From assembly GCA_018713045.1 (NCBI GenBank), contig DVFV01000042.1, forward strand, positions 1 to 56,348: DNA of 56,348 bases, read 5' to 3'. Positions 1 to 9,006 of this stretch are shown here, one piece after another (within the stretch, counting starts at the first letter, position 1; every line of letters starts with the position of its first letter). The stretch is from Candidatus Coprosoma intestinipullorum. GTDB taxonomy: Bacteria > Bacillota_I > Bacilli_A > RF39 > UBA660. The position numbers and the translations under genes were made by a program. Below the pieces are notes generated by a model. It saw only the letters and a list, made by a program, of their open reading frames with translations. It ran no database searches and had not been told where the DNA came from.

Positions 1-2
1 AT

Positions 3-260
3 AATAAACCTTGTAGATATCTATTACATTTTGAAGATAAAGAAGGAAATAGGATATCTGATGAGTGTACTATAATTGCTAATTATGAAAATACAGAAGT
101 TAAAGATAGATTCTTTAGAGAAAAATTTGTATTTAAAAATATAAAATATGATAAAAATGAACCATATTATCTTGTGATAATTGATGAAGAAACGGGAATT
201 ATAAAAGCTAAAATAAAGTTCTATATAGATATAGTAATTGCCAATAATTTTGATTTCTAG
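3..260 (+). CDS. 3'-terminal fragment (85 codons) of a gene cut by the window edge; its position directly upstream of brxL suggests the BREX PglZ C-terminus
   Basis: Frame open from nt 3 to TAG 258-260 (NKPCRYLLHFEDKEGN...IDIVIANNFDF*). No diagnostic motif is visible; the assignment rests only on canonical type 1 BREX gene order. Confidence 0.4.
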   Translation, partial: NKPCRYLLHFEDKEGNRISDECTIIANYENTEVKDRFFREKFVFKNIKYDKNEPYYLVIIDEETGIIKAKIKFYIDIVIANNFDF

Positions 261-272
261 GAGGTATAATAG

Positions 273-2303
273 ATGGATGAATTAAATGTTAAATTAAATA
301 AATATTTCCCAGGGAAAGTAGTTAGAAAAGATTTAACCAAGAAGATAAAAGAAGGTGCCAATGTACCGGTATATGTTCTTGAATACTTACTAGGAATGTA
401 TTGTGCAACTAACGATGAAAGAGTAATTAATGATGGTGTAGAAAATGTCAAAAGGATTTTAGCAGATAATTTTGTGCGTCCAGATGAAGCAGAAAAAATA
501 AAATCAAAAATAAAAGAAAAAGGAATCTATACAATTATTGATAAAATAAGCGTTAGATTAAATGAACGATTAGATATATACCAGGCTGAATTTTCAAATT
601 TAGGAATTAAAGATGCACTTATTAGTGAAGAATATATAAAAAAATATGAAAAATTATTAGTAGGTGGAATATGGTGCATTATAAAAGTTAGTTATTCATA
701 TGATGAGCAAGATAGACATAAAAGTCCATTTATCATATCTAGTTTAGACCCAATTCAATTACCTAACATGGATTTAAAAGATCTATTTGAAGAAAGAAAA
801 CATTTTAATAAAGATGAATGGATAGATGTATTAATTCGTTCAATGGGGATTGAATCTACTCATTTACAAAATAATCAAAAATGGCATTTTATTGAAAGAG
901 CAGTACCACTTGTAGAAAATAATTATAATTTATGTGAACTAGGTCCTAGAGGTACAGGAAAATCGCATATTTATAAAGAAATATCTCCAAATAGTATTTT
1001 AGTATCTGGTGGTCAAACAACAGTTGCTAATTTATTTTATAATATGAGTCAAAAGAAGATAGGGCTAGTAGGAATGTGGGACTGTGTTGCTTTTGATGAA
1101 GTTGCAGGTATTCATTTTAAAGACAAAGATGGAATTCAAATAATGAAAGATTATATGGCATCAGGATCATTTTCGAGAGGCAAAGAAGAAAAAAATGCTA
1201 ATGCTTCAATGGTGTTTGTAGGAAATATTAATCAGAGTGTAGAAGTACTATTAAAAACATCTAATCTTTTTGAACCATTTCCAACAGAAATGGCAACAGA
1301 TTCAGCATTTTTTGATAGAATGCATTACTATTTACCGGGATGGGAAATCCCTAAAATGAGACCAGAATTAATTACAGATGAATTTGGATTTATTACTGAT
1401 TATTTGTCTGAATTTTTTAGAGAAATGAGAAAAAGAACTTTTTCAGATGCACTAGATAAGTATTTTAAATTAGGCAATAATTTAAATCAACGTGATGTTA
1501 TAGCAGTAAGGAAAACGGTATCAGGATTAATTAAGTTATTATATCCAAATGGAGAATATACTAAAGATGAATTGAAAGAAATATTAGAATATGCTTTAGT
1601 AGGAAGACGTCGTGTAAAAGAGCAACTTAAGAAAATTGGTGGAATGGAATTTTATGATGTTCATTTTTCATATATTGATTTGGATACTATGGAAGAAAAC
1701 TTTGTTTCTGTCCCAGAATGTGGAGGGGGAAAGTTAATACCAGAAGGAATACTCAAAGCTGGACATACATACTTTGTAGGTAGAGGAAGTTCTGGCATGA
1801 TTGGAACTTTTAAAATCGAAGTAGAGTCTCCAAGTGGACATGGTAAATTTAATATTACAGGTGTTGGAGCAGATAGAGAAACAAAAGAAGCTTTAAATAC
1901 GGCATATAATTATTTTAAAGGTAATAAGAAAAATATCAGTGCAAGTATACAAGTAGAAAATGTTGACTATTTATTACATATAGAAGATTTACAGGGTGTA
2001 GGTGCATCTAAAGATGTATCTCTAGCAGCATTTGTTGCTATGTGTAGCAGTGCCTTGAAAAAGTCTATGCAAGGAAGCTTAGTTATTTTAGGTAGTATGA
2101 GTATAGGAGGAACAATTAGTAAAGTAGATGAACTTGCTAATACATTACAAGTGTGTTTTGACTCTGGTGCCAAGAAAATATTATTACCAATGTCATCAGC
2201 AGGAGATATTTCGAATGTTCCTAGTGATTTGTTTTCTAAATTTAATATTTCTTTTTATAATTCTCCAGAAGATGCTGTATATAAAGCCTTAGGAATAGAA
2301 TAA
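273..2303 (+). CDS. brxL: BREX system Lon protease-like protein BrxL
   Basis: 676 aa; AGGAGG 8 nt before the ATG. BrxL-type N-terminus (LNKYFPGKVVRKDLTKKIKEGANVPVYVLEYLLG), Walker A GPRGTGKSH, Lon-protease-like C-terminal region. Length is typical of BrxL. Confidence 0.9.
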   Translation: MDELNVKLNKYFPGKVVRKDLTKKIKEGANVPVYVLEYLLGMYCATNDERVINDGVENVKRILADNFVRPDEAEKIKSKIKEKGIYTIIDKISVRLNERLDIYQAEFSNLGIKDALISEEYIKKYEKLLVGGIWCIIKVSYSYDEQDRHKSPFIISSLDPIQLPNMDLKDLFEERKHFNKDEWIDVLIRSMGIESTHLQNNQKWHFIERAVPLVENNYNLCELGPRGTGKSHIYKEISPNSILVSGGQTTVANLFYNMSQKKIGLVGMWDCVAFDEVAGIHFKDKDGIQIMKDYMASGSFSRGKEEKNANASMVFVGNINQSVEVLLKTSNLFEPFPTEMATDSAFFDRMHYYLPGWEIPKMRPELITDEFGFITDYLSEFFREMRKRTFSDALDKYFKLGNNLNQRDVIAVRKTVSGLIKLLYPNGEYTKDELKEILEYALVGRRRVKEQLKKIGGMEFYDVHFSYIDLDTMEENFVSVPECGGGKLIPEGILKAGHTYFVGRGSSGMIGTFKIEVESPSGHGKFNITGVGADRETKEALNTAYNYFKGNKKNISASIQVENVDYLLHIEDLQGVGASKDVSLAAFVAMCSSALKKSMQGSLVILGSMSIGGTISKVDELANTLQVCFDSGAKKILLPMSSAGDISNVPSDLFSKFNISFYNSPEDAVYKALGIE

Positions 2304-2468
2304 GAAATAATGAATGAGTAAATTTTATTATGTGCTATTCAAGATTTAAAAGAAGTATTAACTAAAATAGAAAACACGGATATTTATATTAAAGAAGATT
2401 GGATAAGACTAGAAAAAGAAATAATTTCTTTTCTAGCTAATTTAAGTAGATATAGACTTTATAATAAA

Positions 2469-2759
2469 ATGAATAATGATTTACTATCAGGATTACAATT
2501 TGCATTTAATTTAACTAAACACGAAAATACTATATTAAGTATTAAAAACGTGGAAGATGGTGGCTTTACTTTTCCAATAGAATTTCCTATTGAGTTTCCA
2601 TGTAATAGAGTTTATTGGTTAGATATTACCGGCTTGGATATAAAATTTAAATATAAAAATCAATATGAAAATTATTTAAAATTTTTGTCTAACAAAAGAA
2701 TAATTAATACTGTTGCACAAATCGAAAAATTAATTTTCAATATGGTAAAAGAACTATGA
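2469..2759 (+). CDS. hypothetical small protein (96 aa from ATG 2469)
   Basis: Overlaps the next gene by ATGA (2756-2759); contains tandem FPIEFPIEFP. The same frame is open back to 2322 and to an ATG at 2310, interrupted only by TAA 2319-2321. No family recognised. Confidence 0.45.
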   Translation: MNNDLLSGLQFAFNLTKHENTILSIKNVEDGGFTFPIEFPIEFPCNRVYWLDITGLDIKFKYKNQYENYLKFLSNKRIINTVAQIEKLIFNMVKEL

Positions 2760-3580
2760 AGCAGAAAAAGATTAAAACATTGATAACTTTGCTTAATGCT
2801 AGAGAAAGAACCAAAAGGGATTTAAAAAGATATGATGAATTATATATTAAACAAGCTTTAAATCTAACTTTTCAATCGGAAATTCAGGATACACTTAACT
2901 ATTTTAAAATTAATTTATATAATTATATAAGAGCGATAAAAGATAAAAAAGAATATTTTGATAAATATCAAAAATTAGAATCTGAGTTAAATAAAAAGGT
3001 TATTCCGCTAAATGCAGAATCATTAAATAGCACATATACTATTTATGAATTATATTCTGTATATAGAAATAGATATGAGCATCCAAATAAAATTGATGAT
3101 GCTGATCAGTATACAATTTTTCATACAAGTATTCCACAAAAAGAATTTATACAACTGTTTCATATTTGTAATAATGTTGTAGATTTTGAACTGAACAAGT
3201 TAACATCAGTTGAAATTAAAAGTATGATTTTAGAAAATCCTGAAACTATAATATCAATTCAGAAGTCAGTTTTACATTTAGACAAACAAAATGAAAAAGA
3301 GAAGGAAGAACATCTTGAATTATATCAACAGAACAAAATGTTATTACAAAAATTAAAAAATATAAATTTTAATAATTTAACAGAAAATTTAATAGATGAA
3401 ATTTATGAAAAGTTTAAAAATTACTTTTTAAACACATATTTTAAAAAAGAATTTGTAGAATATTACGGAGAAACGATGTATAAAAAGTTATTGGAAATAT
3501 ATAGCAATGAAAATGGAAGTACTAAACAAATAGTGCAAGAAATTCAAACTTTTTATCAAACCTTGTTAAAACAATCTTAA
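2756..3580 (+). CDS. hypothetical protein with a candidate HEPN-type RNxxxH motif
   Basis: 274 aa, translationally coupled to the upstream ORF. R104-N-R-Y-E-H109 (nt 3065-3082) in a helix-like context. The HEPN idea is motif-only. Confidence 0.55.
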   Translation: MKQKKIKTLITLLNARERTKRDLKRYDELYIKQALNLTFQSEIQDTLNYFKINLYNYIRAIKDKKEYFDKYQKLESELNKKVIPLNAESLNSTYTIYELYSVYRNRYEHPNKIDDADQYTIFHTSIPQKEFIQLFHICNNVVDFELNKLTSVEIKSMILENPETIISIQKSVLHLDKQNEKEKEEHLELYQQNKMLLQKLKNINFNNLTENLIDEIYEKFKNYFLNTYFKKEFVEYYGETMYKKLLEIYSNENGSTKQIVQEIQTFYQTLLKQS

Positions 3581-3721
3581 AGTTGAAAAATAACTTGCAA
3601 TCCTCCTCAAACAGAGCTAACATACAACACAAGGAATCGATTTTTATCTAATTATTTTAAAAGATGATCCCCATCGCCCCATTTTTGAAAGATTAAACCT
3701 ATATGGTTTTATAATAAAAAG

Positions 3722-3756
3722 ACTAGGAAATTTATTTAAAAATCCTAGTTTTTTTG
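3722..3756 (+). terminator. rho-independent terminator closing the two-gene unit downstream of brxL
   Basis: ACTAGGA (3722-3728) / TCCTAGT (3743-3749) stem with a 14-nt loop, followed by a T run. Confidence 0.6.
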
Positions 3757-3774
3757 TTTAGAAAATGAAAATAT

Positions 3775-3863
3775 TGTACGTATGTCTTTTAAATAAATAA
3801 GATGCAAAACTCATAATTTTTGCATCTTAAAAAATTTTTAACTGCACGTATGTGTCTTAAAAT
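3775..3863. repeat. direct repeat, perfect 12-bp inverted repeat, direct repeat (possible operator or terminator-like element)
   Basis: TGTACGTATGTCTTTTAAAT (3775-3794) and TGCACGTATGTGTCTTAAAAT (3843-3863) flank TAAGATGCAAAA (3798-3809) / TTTTGCATCTTA (3818-3829). Confidence 0.6.
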
Positions 3864-3956
3864 ATAAAAAAAATAAAATTCACTCTACAAATCTTATTTT
3901 TATTATCGTAGAAGGACAAGAAAAAACAAATTTGTTATAATGAATGTAGTAGGTGT

Positions 3957-4871
3957 ATGTTTATGACAATAGAAAAATTAAAGAAATCTTTATTAAAATG
4001 TTATTCTAAAGATTTATGTTACATAAAAGTACAAGATCAATGGAATGATTCAAATAAAACTTTAGGTATGTGTGCAATCACTTCGTTAGTAGTAAATGAT
4101 TATTTTGGTGGAGAAATAGCCAAAATAAAAATTGATGGAATAAGTCATTACTTTAATTTAATACATAATCAAATAGTTGATTTAACAAAAGAACAATTTG
4201 TTAAAGAAATAAATTATGAAAATTACAAAATAATTGATAGAGAAAAAATTTTGACGGAAGATACAAATAATAGATATCAAATACTAAAAAAGAAAGTTGA
4301 AAAGAACTTATTAGAAGAAGTAGATAAAGAAGTATATAATTGCCATAAATGTAGTAATTTAGTTGAAAAGTTTCCAAACTCATCAACTGTATTTTTGGGT
4401 AAAAATAATGATATTGTTTTAATCGGAGAAGCTCCGGCAAACAATGGCTGGCGAAAAAGTCATATGTTGTGGAAAGCTATAAATGGTAAAGTATTACCTA
4501 GTGGAGTTATATTACAAAACCTATTTGATATCATAGATAAAGATATATTTGAAACTACATTTATAGAATCAGTAAAATGTTATCCAGTTGAAAGAAAAAA
4601 TTTAAAGATATGTTCTAATAACTGTAAAAGTATAATGTTTAAACAACTAGAAATATTAAAACCAAAATTAATAATTACCTTAGGAGAATTTCCTACTAGA
4701 AACCTATTAAACTTTAAATTCAAAAAGTTTTCAGATGTTGTAGGTAACATTTATGAAGTAAATGGATATAAAGTACTACCAATATATCACCCTAGTCCAA
4801 TCTCTCCAAAAAGTTATAAAGGGAATCTTCCAATATTTGAAAAGTTAAAAAATCATATGAAAGGAATCTAA
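3957..4871 (+). CDS. fusion protein: N-terminal YunG-like domain plus C-terminal uracil-DNA glycosylase superfamily (family 4/5-like) domain
   Basis: N-terminal LGMCAITSLVVNDYFGGEI...SHYFNL resembles the B. subtilis YunG family. C-terminal CHKC, motif A-like LIGEAPANNGW and motif B-like YHPSPISP. TGtTATAAT at 3933-3941. The AGGTG RBS favours ATG 3963 as the true start. Confidence 0.7.
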   Translation: MFMTIEKLKKSLLKCYSKDLCYIKVQDQWNDSNKTLGMCAITSLVVNDYFGGEIAKIKIDGISHYFNLIHNQIVDLTKEQFVKEINYENYKIIDREKILTEDTNNRYQILKKKVEKNLLEEVDKEVYNCHKCSNLVEKFPNSSTVFLGKNNDIVLIGEAPANNGWRKSHMLWKAINGKVLPSGVILQNLFDIIDKDIFETTFIESVKCYPVERKNLKICSNNCKSIMFKQLEILKPKLIITLGEFPTRNLLNFKFKKFSDVVGNIYEVNGYKVLPIYHPSPISPKSYKGNLPIFEKLKNHMKGI

Positions 4872-4872
4872 C

Positions 4873-5433
4873 GTGAAAGGAATAGTTTTAATTGGTGCTT
4901 CTAGAGCAGGTAAAAGTACGTTTTCACAAATGTTAATGAAAGAACTTAAATCATGTCAGATTATATCAGGTGATTTAGTAAGACTTGCATACAGAGATGA
5001 AATATATAAATATAAAACAGTAAAAGCAGGACTTATGAAAGAAATCCTTGAGTATCGAAAATTCTTAAAATCGTATTTTGATTATAGTGTTAAATATAGT
5101 GAAAGTTTATACGTTATTCTAGATACCGTTGATTTTAAACCGGAAGATTATAAATTGTTTGAAAATAATATTATTATAGTTTTTGGTTACCCGGACTTAA
5201 CTAAAAAAGAATGCCTTTCTAACTGGAGAACTTATCAAAGATTAAAAGATTGGACTAGAAATAAATCAGATGAAACACTTTTAGAAAAAGCTGAAAGAGA
5301 AATTGCTAAAAGCCAACAATTTGAAAAAGATTCAAAAAAATATAAGCTAAAATTTGTAAATACATCATTTAATAGAGAGAAAGTATTAACTGAACTACTT
5401 GGATGGGTAAAAAATGAGCTAAATAAAAAGTAA
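4873..5433 (+). CDS. P-loop NTPase, small-molecule/nucleotide kinase-like
   Basis: 186 aa; GTG start 6 nt after GAAAGGAA and 1 nt after the upstream stop. Walker A GASRAGKST at the extreme N-terminus, as in the (d)NMP/AAA_33 kinase fold. Confidence 0.6.
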   Translation: MKGIVLIGASRAGKSTFSQMLMKELKSCQIISGDLVRLAYRDEIYKYKTVKAGLMKEILEYRKFLKSYFDYSVKYSESLYVILDTVDFKPEDYKLFENNIIIVFGYPDLTKKECLSNWRTYQRLKDWTRNKSDETLLEKAEREIAKSQQFEKDSKKYKLKFVNTSFNREKVLTELLGWVKNELNKK

Positions 5434-5469
5434 TCATTGATATATTGATTTACTAATTATAAATTAACA

Positions 5470-5478
5470 TGCTATAAT
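5470..5478 (+). promoter_or_regulatory. extended -10 promoter element TGcTATAAT
   Basis: Exact TGnTATAAT with a TTTACT-like -35 about 17 nt upstream. Lies 160 nt before the MazG-like gene. Confidence 0.4.
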
Positions 5479-5640
5479 AAATCATAAATATCAGTGGTGA
5501 TTATATGAGTGAAAAAGTCATAAAAAGAGAACGAATTAGGAAAACTAATGATTGATGAAGTAAAAAGGATTTAAAACATTACTATATAGAATAAGAAAAT
5601 AAAACTTAATTATGAAAAAGTTATTTTAGGAGATGTAAAA

Positions 5641-5955
5641 ATGAAAAATCTTATAAAAGAGATAAAACAATTTACTGAAGAACGAGACTGGGATCAATTT
5701 CATAGCCCAGAGAATTTAGCAAAATCAATTTCTATAGAGGCAGGCGAACTATTAGAGTGCTTTCAATGGAACTCTAATTATAATATTGATGAGGTAAAAT
5801 CAGAGCTTGCTGATGTACTTAATTATTCATTATTGCTTGCAGATAAATTAGGCGTAGACCCTGAACAAATTATTTTAGACAAAATGAAGATTACTGCAAA
5901 AAAATATCCCATAGATAAAGCTAATGGAAAAAGTACAAAATATAACAAATTATAG
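5641..5955 (+). CDS. MazG-like nucleotide pyrophosphohydrolase (YpjD/DCTPP1-like small all-alpha NTP-PPase)
   Basis: 104 aa. FTEERDWDQFHSPENLAKSISIEAGELLECFQW...ELADVLNY is the characteristic MazG-like core. TAGGAG RBS. Confidence 0.85.
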   Translation: MKNLIKEIKQFTEERDWDQFHSPENLAKSISIEAGELLECFQWNSNYNIDEVKSELADVLNYSLLLADKLGVDPEQIILDKMKITAKKYPIDKANGKSTKYNKL

Positions 5956-5967
5956 GAGAAGTAAATT

Positions 5968-7692
5968 ATGAATATAAAAACATTAAAATTTAATGATGGA
6001 ACACCAGCAAACTTGAGAAATATGGAATATGGGACAAATTGGCCAGTTGTTTATATTATAAATAACGACAAAGAAGCATACATTGGTGAAACAACAGATG
6101 TTAGTATTAGATCTAATCAACATTTAGCAAATACTGTTAGAAGAAATCTTGACACAATAAATGTTATAACGGATAAAACATTTAACAAATCCGTAATTTT
6201 GGATTTGGAATCATTTCTTATAAAGTATATGGCAGCAGATAAAAAATATAAACTTCAAAATGGTAATGGAGGAATGCAAAACCATAATTATTATCAAAGA
6301 AAAATATATGAAAAAGAATTTAAAAATATATGGATTCAATTAAAATCAAAAGGATTAGTCAAACATGATTTAAAGACAATTGAAAATTCGGATTTGTTTA
6401 AATATTCTCCGTATAAAACTTTAACCGTTGATCAATATATGATTGCAAATGATATATTAAGTGTTCTCTCAAATGATATAAAAAACAAAAAAACTTCACT
6501 TTTCCTAGTTCACGGAGGGTTTGGGACAGGTAAAACAATATTAGGAATTTACTTATTGAAACTATTATCTCAAGCTAAAGATTCAACTCAAATTGAAGTA
6601 GAAGATGAAGAACTAGAATATAATTTATCAGAAATTATAAATAATGAAGCAATAAAAAAATTTAGAATAGGTTTAGTTATTCCTATGAACAATTTAAGGG
6701 CCACCTTGAAAAAAGTATTTAAAGACATTAATGGTTTAGATGCTAAAATGGTACTAAGCCCCAATGATGTGGCTAAAAGTGATAATATATATGACTTGTT
6801 AATTGTGGATGAAGCGCATCGCCTTAGAAGGAGGCAAAATTTAACACAATACAAAAGTTTTGATAACAATAATAAGAAGTTGAACTTAGGAGATAAAGGA
6901 ACAGAATTAGACTGGATTTTACTAAAAAGTAAATATCAAATACTACTTTATGATGAAAACCAATCGATTAAACCAACAGATGTTAGAAAAGAAGATTTTG
7001 AACAACTAATGTTAAGAAAAAATTATCGTCCATATTATCTTGAAACACAATTGCGCTGTTTATTAGGCGGCAATGAATATGTTGATTACATAAAAAATAT
7101 ATTTAGTAATAACCCTCCAGAGAAAAAAGTTAATTTTAAAAAATATGATTTTAAAATTTTTGATAATATAAACGACTTGATAGAAGAAATCAAACAAAAA
7201 GATAAAGAATATGGATTGTGCAGAAATATAGCAGGTTTTGCTTGGCCGTGGAAAAGTAAAGAGAAAAAATTACCATCCCATATTACCAAAAGAGAAATGA
7301 ATAATATAGTTAATAATGGAATTTATGATATCGAAATAGATGGGGAAAAATATATATGGAATACAAAAACAACAGATTGGATTAATTCATCTAATTCAGT
7401 CAATGAGATTGGTAGCATTCATACAATTCAAGGTTATGATTTAAATTATGCAGGGGTAATAATAGGAAATGAATTAAAATATGATAATAAAAAACATAAA
7501 TTTATTGTTGATAGAAAAAAATACTATGATGTAAAAGGTAAATCAGCAACAAGTGATGAAGATTTATTACAATATATATTAAATATATATTGTACAATGT
7601 GTACACGTGGTATGCTAGGGACATATTTATATGTATGTGATAAAGAATTAAAAAAATATTTACAAAAATATGTATCAACAAAACATAAATAA
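5968..7692 (+). CDS. GIY-YIG nuclease domain fused to a DUF2075/Schlafen-type P-loop helicase
   Basis: 574 aa. N-terminal VVYIINNDKEAYIGETTDVSIRSNQH (GIY-YIG), Walker A GGFGTGKT, Walker B LLIVDEAHRL. Starts 12 nt after the MazG-like stop. Confidence 0.75.
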   Translation: MNIKTLKFNDGTPANLRNMEYGTNWPVVYIINNDKEAYIGETTDVSIRSNQHLANTVRRNLDTINVITDKTFNKSVILDLESFLIKYMAADKKYKLQNGNGGMQNHNYYQRKIYEKEFKNIWIQLKSKGLVKHDLKTIENSDLFKYSPYKTLTVDQYMIANDILSVLSNDIKNKKTSLFLVHGGFGTGKTILGIYLLKLLSQAKDSTQIEVEDEELEYNLSEIINNEAIKKFRIGLVIPMNNLRATLKKVFKDINGLDAKMVLSPNDVAKSDNIYDLLIVDEAHRLRRRQNLTQYKSFDNNNKKLNLGDKGTELDWILLKSKYQILLYDENQSIKPTDVRKEDFEQLMLRKNYRPYYLETQLRCLLGGNEYVDYIKNIFSNNPPEKKVNFKKYDFKIFDNINDLIEEIKQKDKEYGLCRNIAGFAWPWKSKEKKLPSHITKREMNNIVNNGIYDIEIDGEKYIWNTKTTDWINSSNSVNEIGSIHTIQGYDLNYAGVIIGNELKYDNKKHKFIVDRKKYYDVKGKSATSDEDLLQYILNIYCTMCTRGMLGTYLYVCDKELKKYLQKYVSTKHK

Positions 7693-7734
7693 TTAGAGTT
7701 CTATAAGTACGTAAAAAATTAGAAAGGATTAAAC

Positions 7735-8979
7735 ATGAAAAAAGGAGCAGAACTATATGGAAGCCTTTTAGAGCAATATGAAATAACTGAGCATATTGCC
7801 AATGGGGGAAATTCAGAAGTATATAAGGTTAAAAATTCAAAAGGCGAAATATATGCGTTAAAATTATTAAATACAGGAATTTCTAAAGAAAAACTTAGAA
7901 GATTTAAAAATGAAATGGCTTTTTGTATTAGAACAGAAAATCCAAATATAATAAAAATAGTTGACAATGGAATTACGGATGACAAAGAACAAATATTTTA
8001 TATAATGCCCTATTATAATAAAACATTGAGAACATATATTAATGAAGAACATACTGCTCAAGATAAGATACAACTTTTTATCCGATTGTTAAAAGGAGTT
8101 TCCTTTTTTCACAAAAAAGAAATAATTCACAGAGATATAAAACCGGAAAATATTTTGCTGTCAAACGACAATTTTCCGATAATTTCTGATTTTGGAATAG
8201 CACATTTCACATCAGAAGAAATGATAACGCAAATTGAAACAAAAATTGGTAGTAAAATGGCAAATTTTCAATATGCAGCACCAGAACAAAGAGAAAAAAA
8301 TGGAATAATAACAAATAAAACAGATATCTATGCACTGGGATTAATATTTAATGAGATGTTTACTCGAAAAATACCCTTTGGCAACTCATACAAAAAAGTG
8401 AAAGATATAAATAAACAATTTGCTTTTTTAGACAAAATAATAGATAAAATGATTTCTCAAAGTCCTGACAATAGACAAAACAGCGTTGACGATGTTATTT
8501 ATGAAATAAAAGCTGAACTTGAGATAAATAAGAGGGAAAAGGAAATAAAAGAATTACAAGAAATAACATACTCTTATGATACAGAAGAAGATATACTAAT
8601 TTTGGAACCACCCAAATTAATTGATTTTAAGTATGATGATATAATTGAAAAGTTATTTTTGTACCTAGATAAAAAAGTAAATCAAGAATGGATAAACTGT
8701 ATGACAGAAAAAAGCTGTATTTCACTATTTGGATATGAACCAAAAAAATTTAGGTTTGAGAATAATGTTGCTTCTGTTAAACTTCCATTTAGTAATTTGG
8801 AAAGGTTACAATTAATTATTGATTATTTTAAAGAATGGATTAATCATGCAAATCAAGAATATCCAGCATATGTTAAAAAGAAAAGAGAACAAGAACAGTT
8901 AAGGCAAGAACAAATAATAATGAAGAAAATTGAAAGAGAGGAAAAAATAAAAAAGGAGTTGGAAAAAGCACATATTTAA
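7735..8979 (+). CDS. Ser/Thr protein kinase with an uncharacterised C-terminal domain
   Basis: 414 aa. Hanks motifs YALK, HRDIKPENILL, SDFG, AAPE. The C-terminal ~130 aa have no recognisable motif. Starts 42 nt after the upstream stop. Confidence 0.85.
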   Translation: MKKGAELYGSLLEQYEITEHIANGGNSEVYKVKNSKGEIYALKLLNTGISKEKLRRFKNEMAFCIRTENPNIIKIVDNGITDDKEQIFYIMPYYNKTLRTYINEEHTAQDKIQLFIRLLKGVSFFHKKEIIHRDIKPENILLSNDNFPIISDFGIAHFTSEEMITQIETKIGSKMANFQYAAPEQREKNGIITNKTDIYALGLIFNEMFTRKIPFGNSYKKVKDINKQFAFLDKIIDKMISQSPDNRQNSVDDVIYEIKAELEINKREKEIKELQEITYSYDTEEDILILEPPKLIDFKYDDIIEKLFLYLDKKVNQEWINCMTEKSCISLFGYEPKKFRFENNVASVKLPFSNLERLQLIIDYFKEWINHANQEYPAYVKKKREQEQLRQEQIIMKKIEREEKIKKELEKAHI

Positions 8980-9006
8980 AAACTATATTAAACATAATCA
9001 AATTCT

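Noticed and set aside
257-451. 64-aa minus-strand ORF overlapping the start of brxL
   Set aside because: It is antisense to a long motif-bearing gene, has no RBS, and its composition is that of a shadow frame in AT-rich DNA. The same applies to 1967-2173, 4201-4440, 6588-6869, 7086-7289, 7719-8073 and 14035-14397.
3581-3721. Relatively GC-rich patches (CAATCCTCCTC, GATGATCCCCATCGCCCC) in the 3' UTR after ORF 2756-3580, considered as an ncRNA or tRNA fragment
   Set aside because: No convincing secondary structure or known RNA motif by eye. It may be the relic of a deleted gene. Only an Rfam or covariance search could rescue it.
5505-5555. 16-codon basic mini-ORF (MSEKVIKRERIRKTND) between the promoter and the MazG-like gene
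   Set aside because: It has a GGTGA RBS, but it is too short to support as a gene from sequence alone. It could be a leader peptide, so it is noted only.
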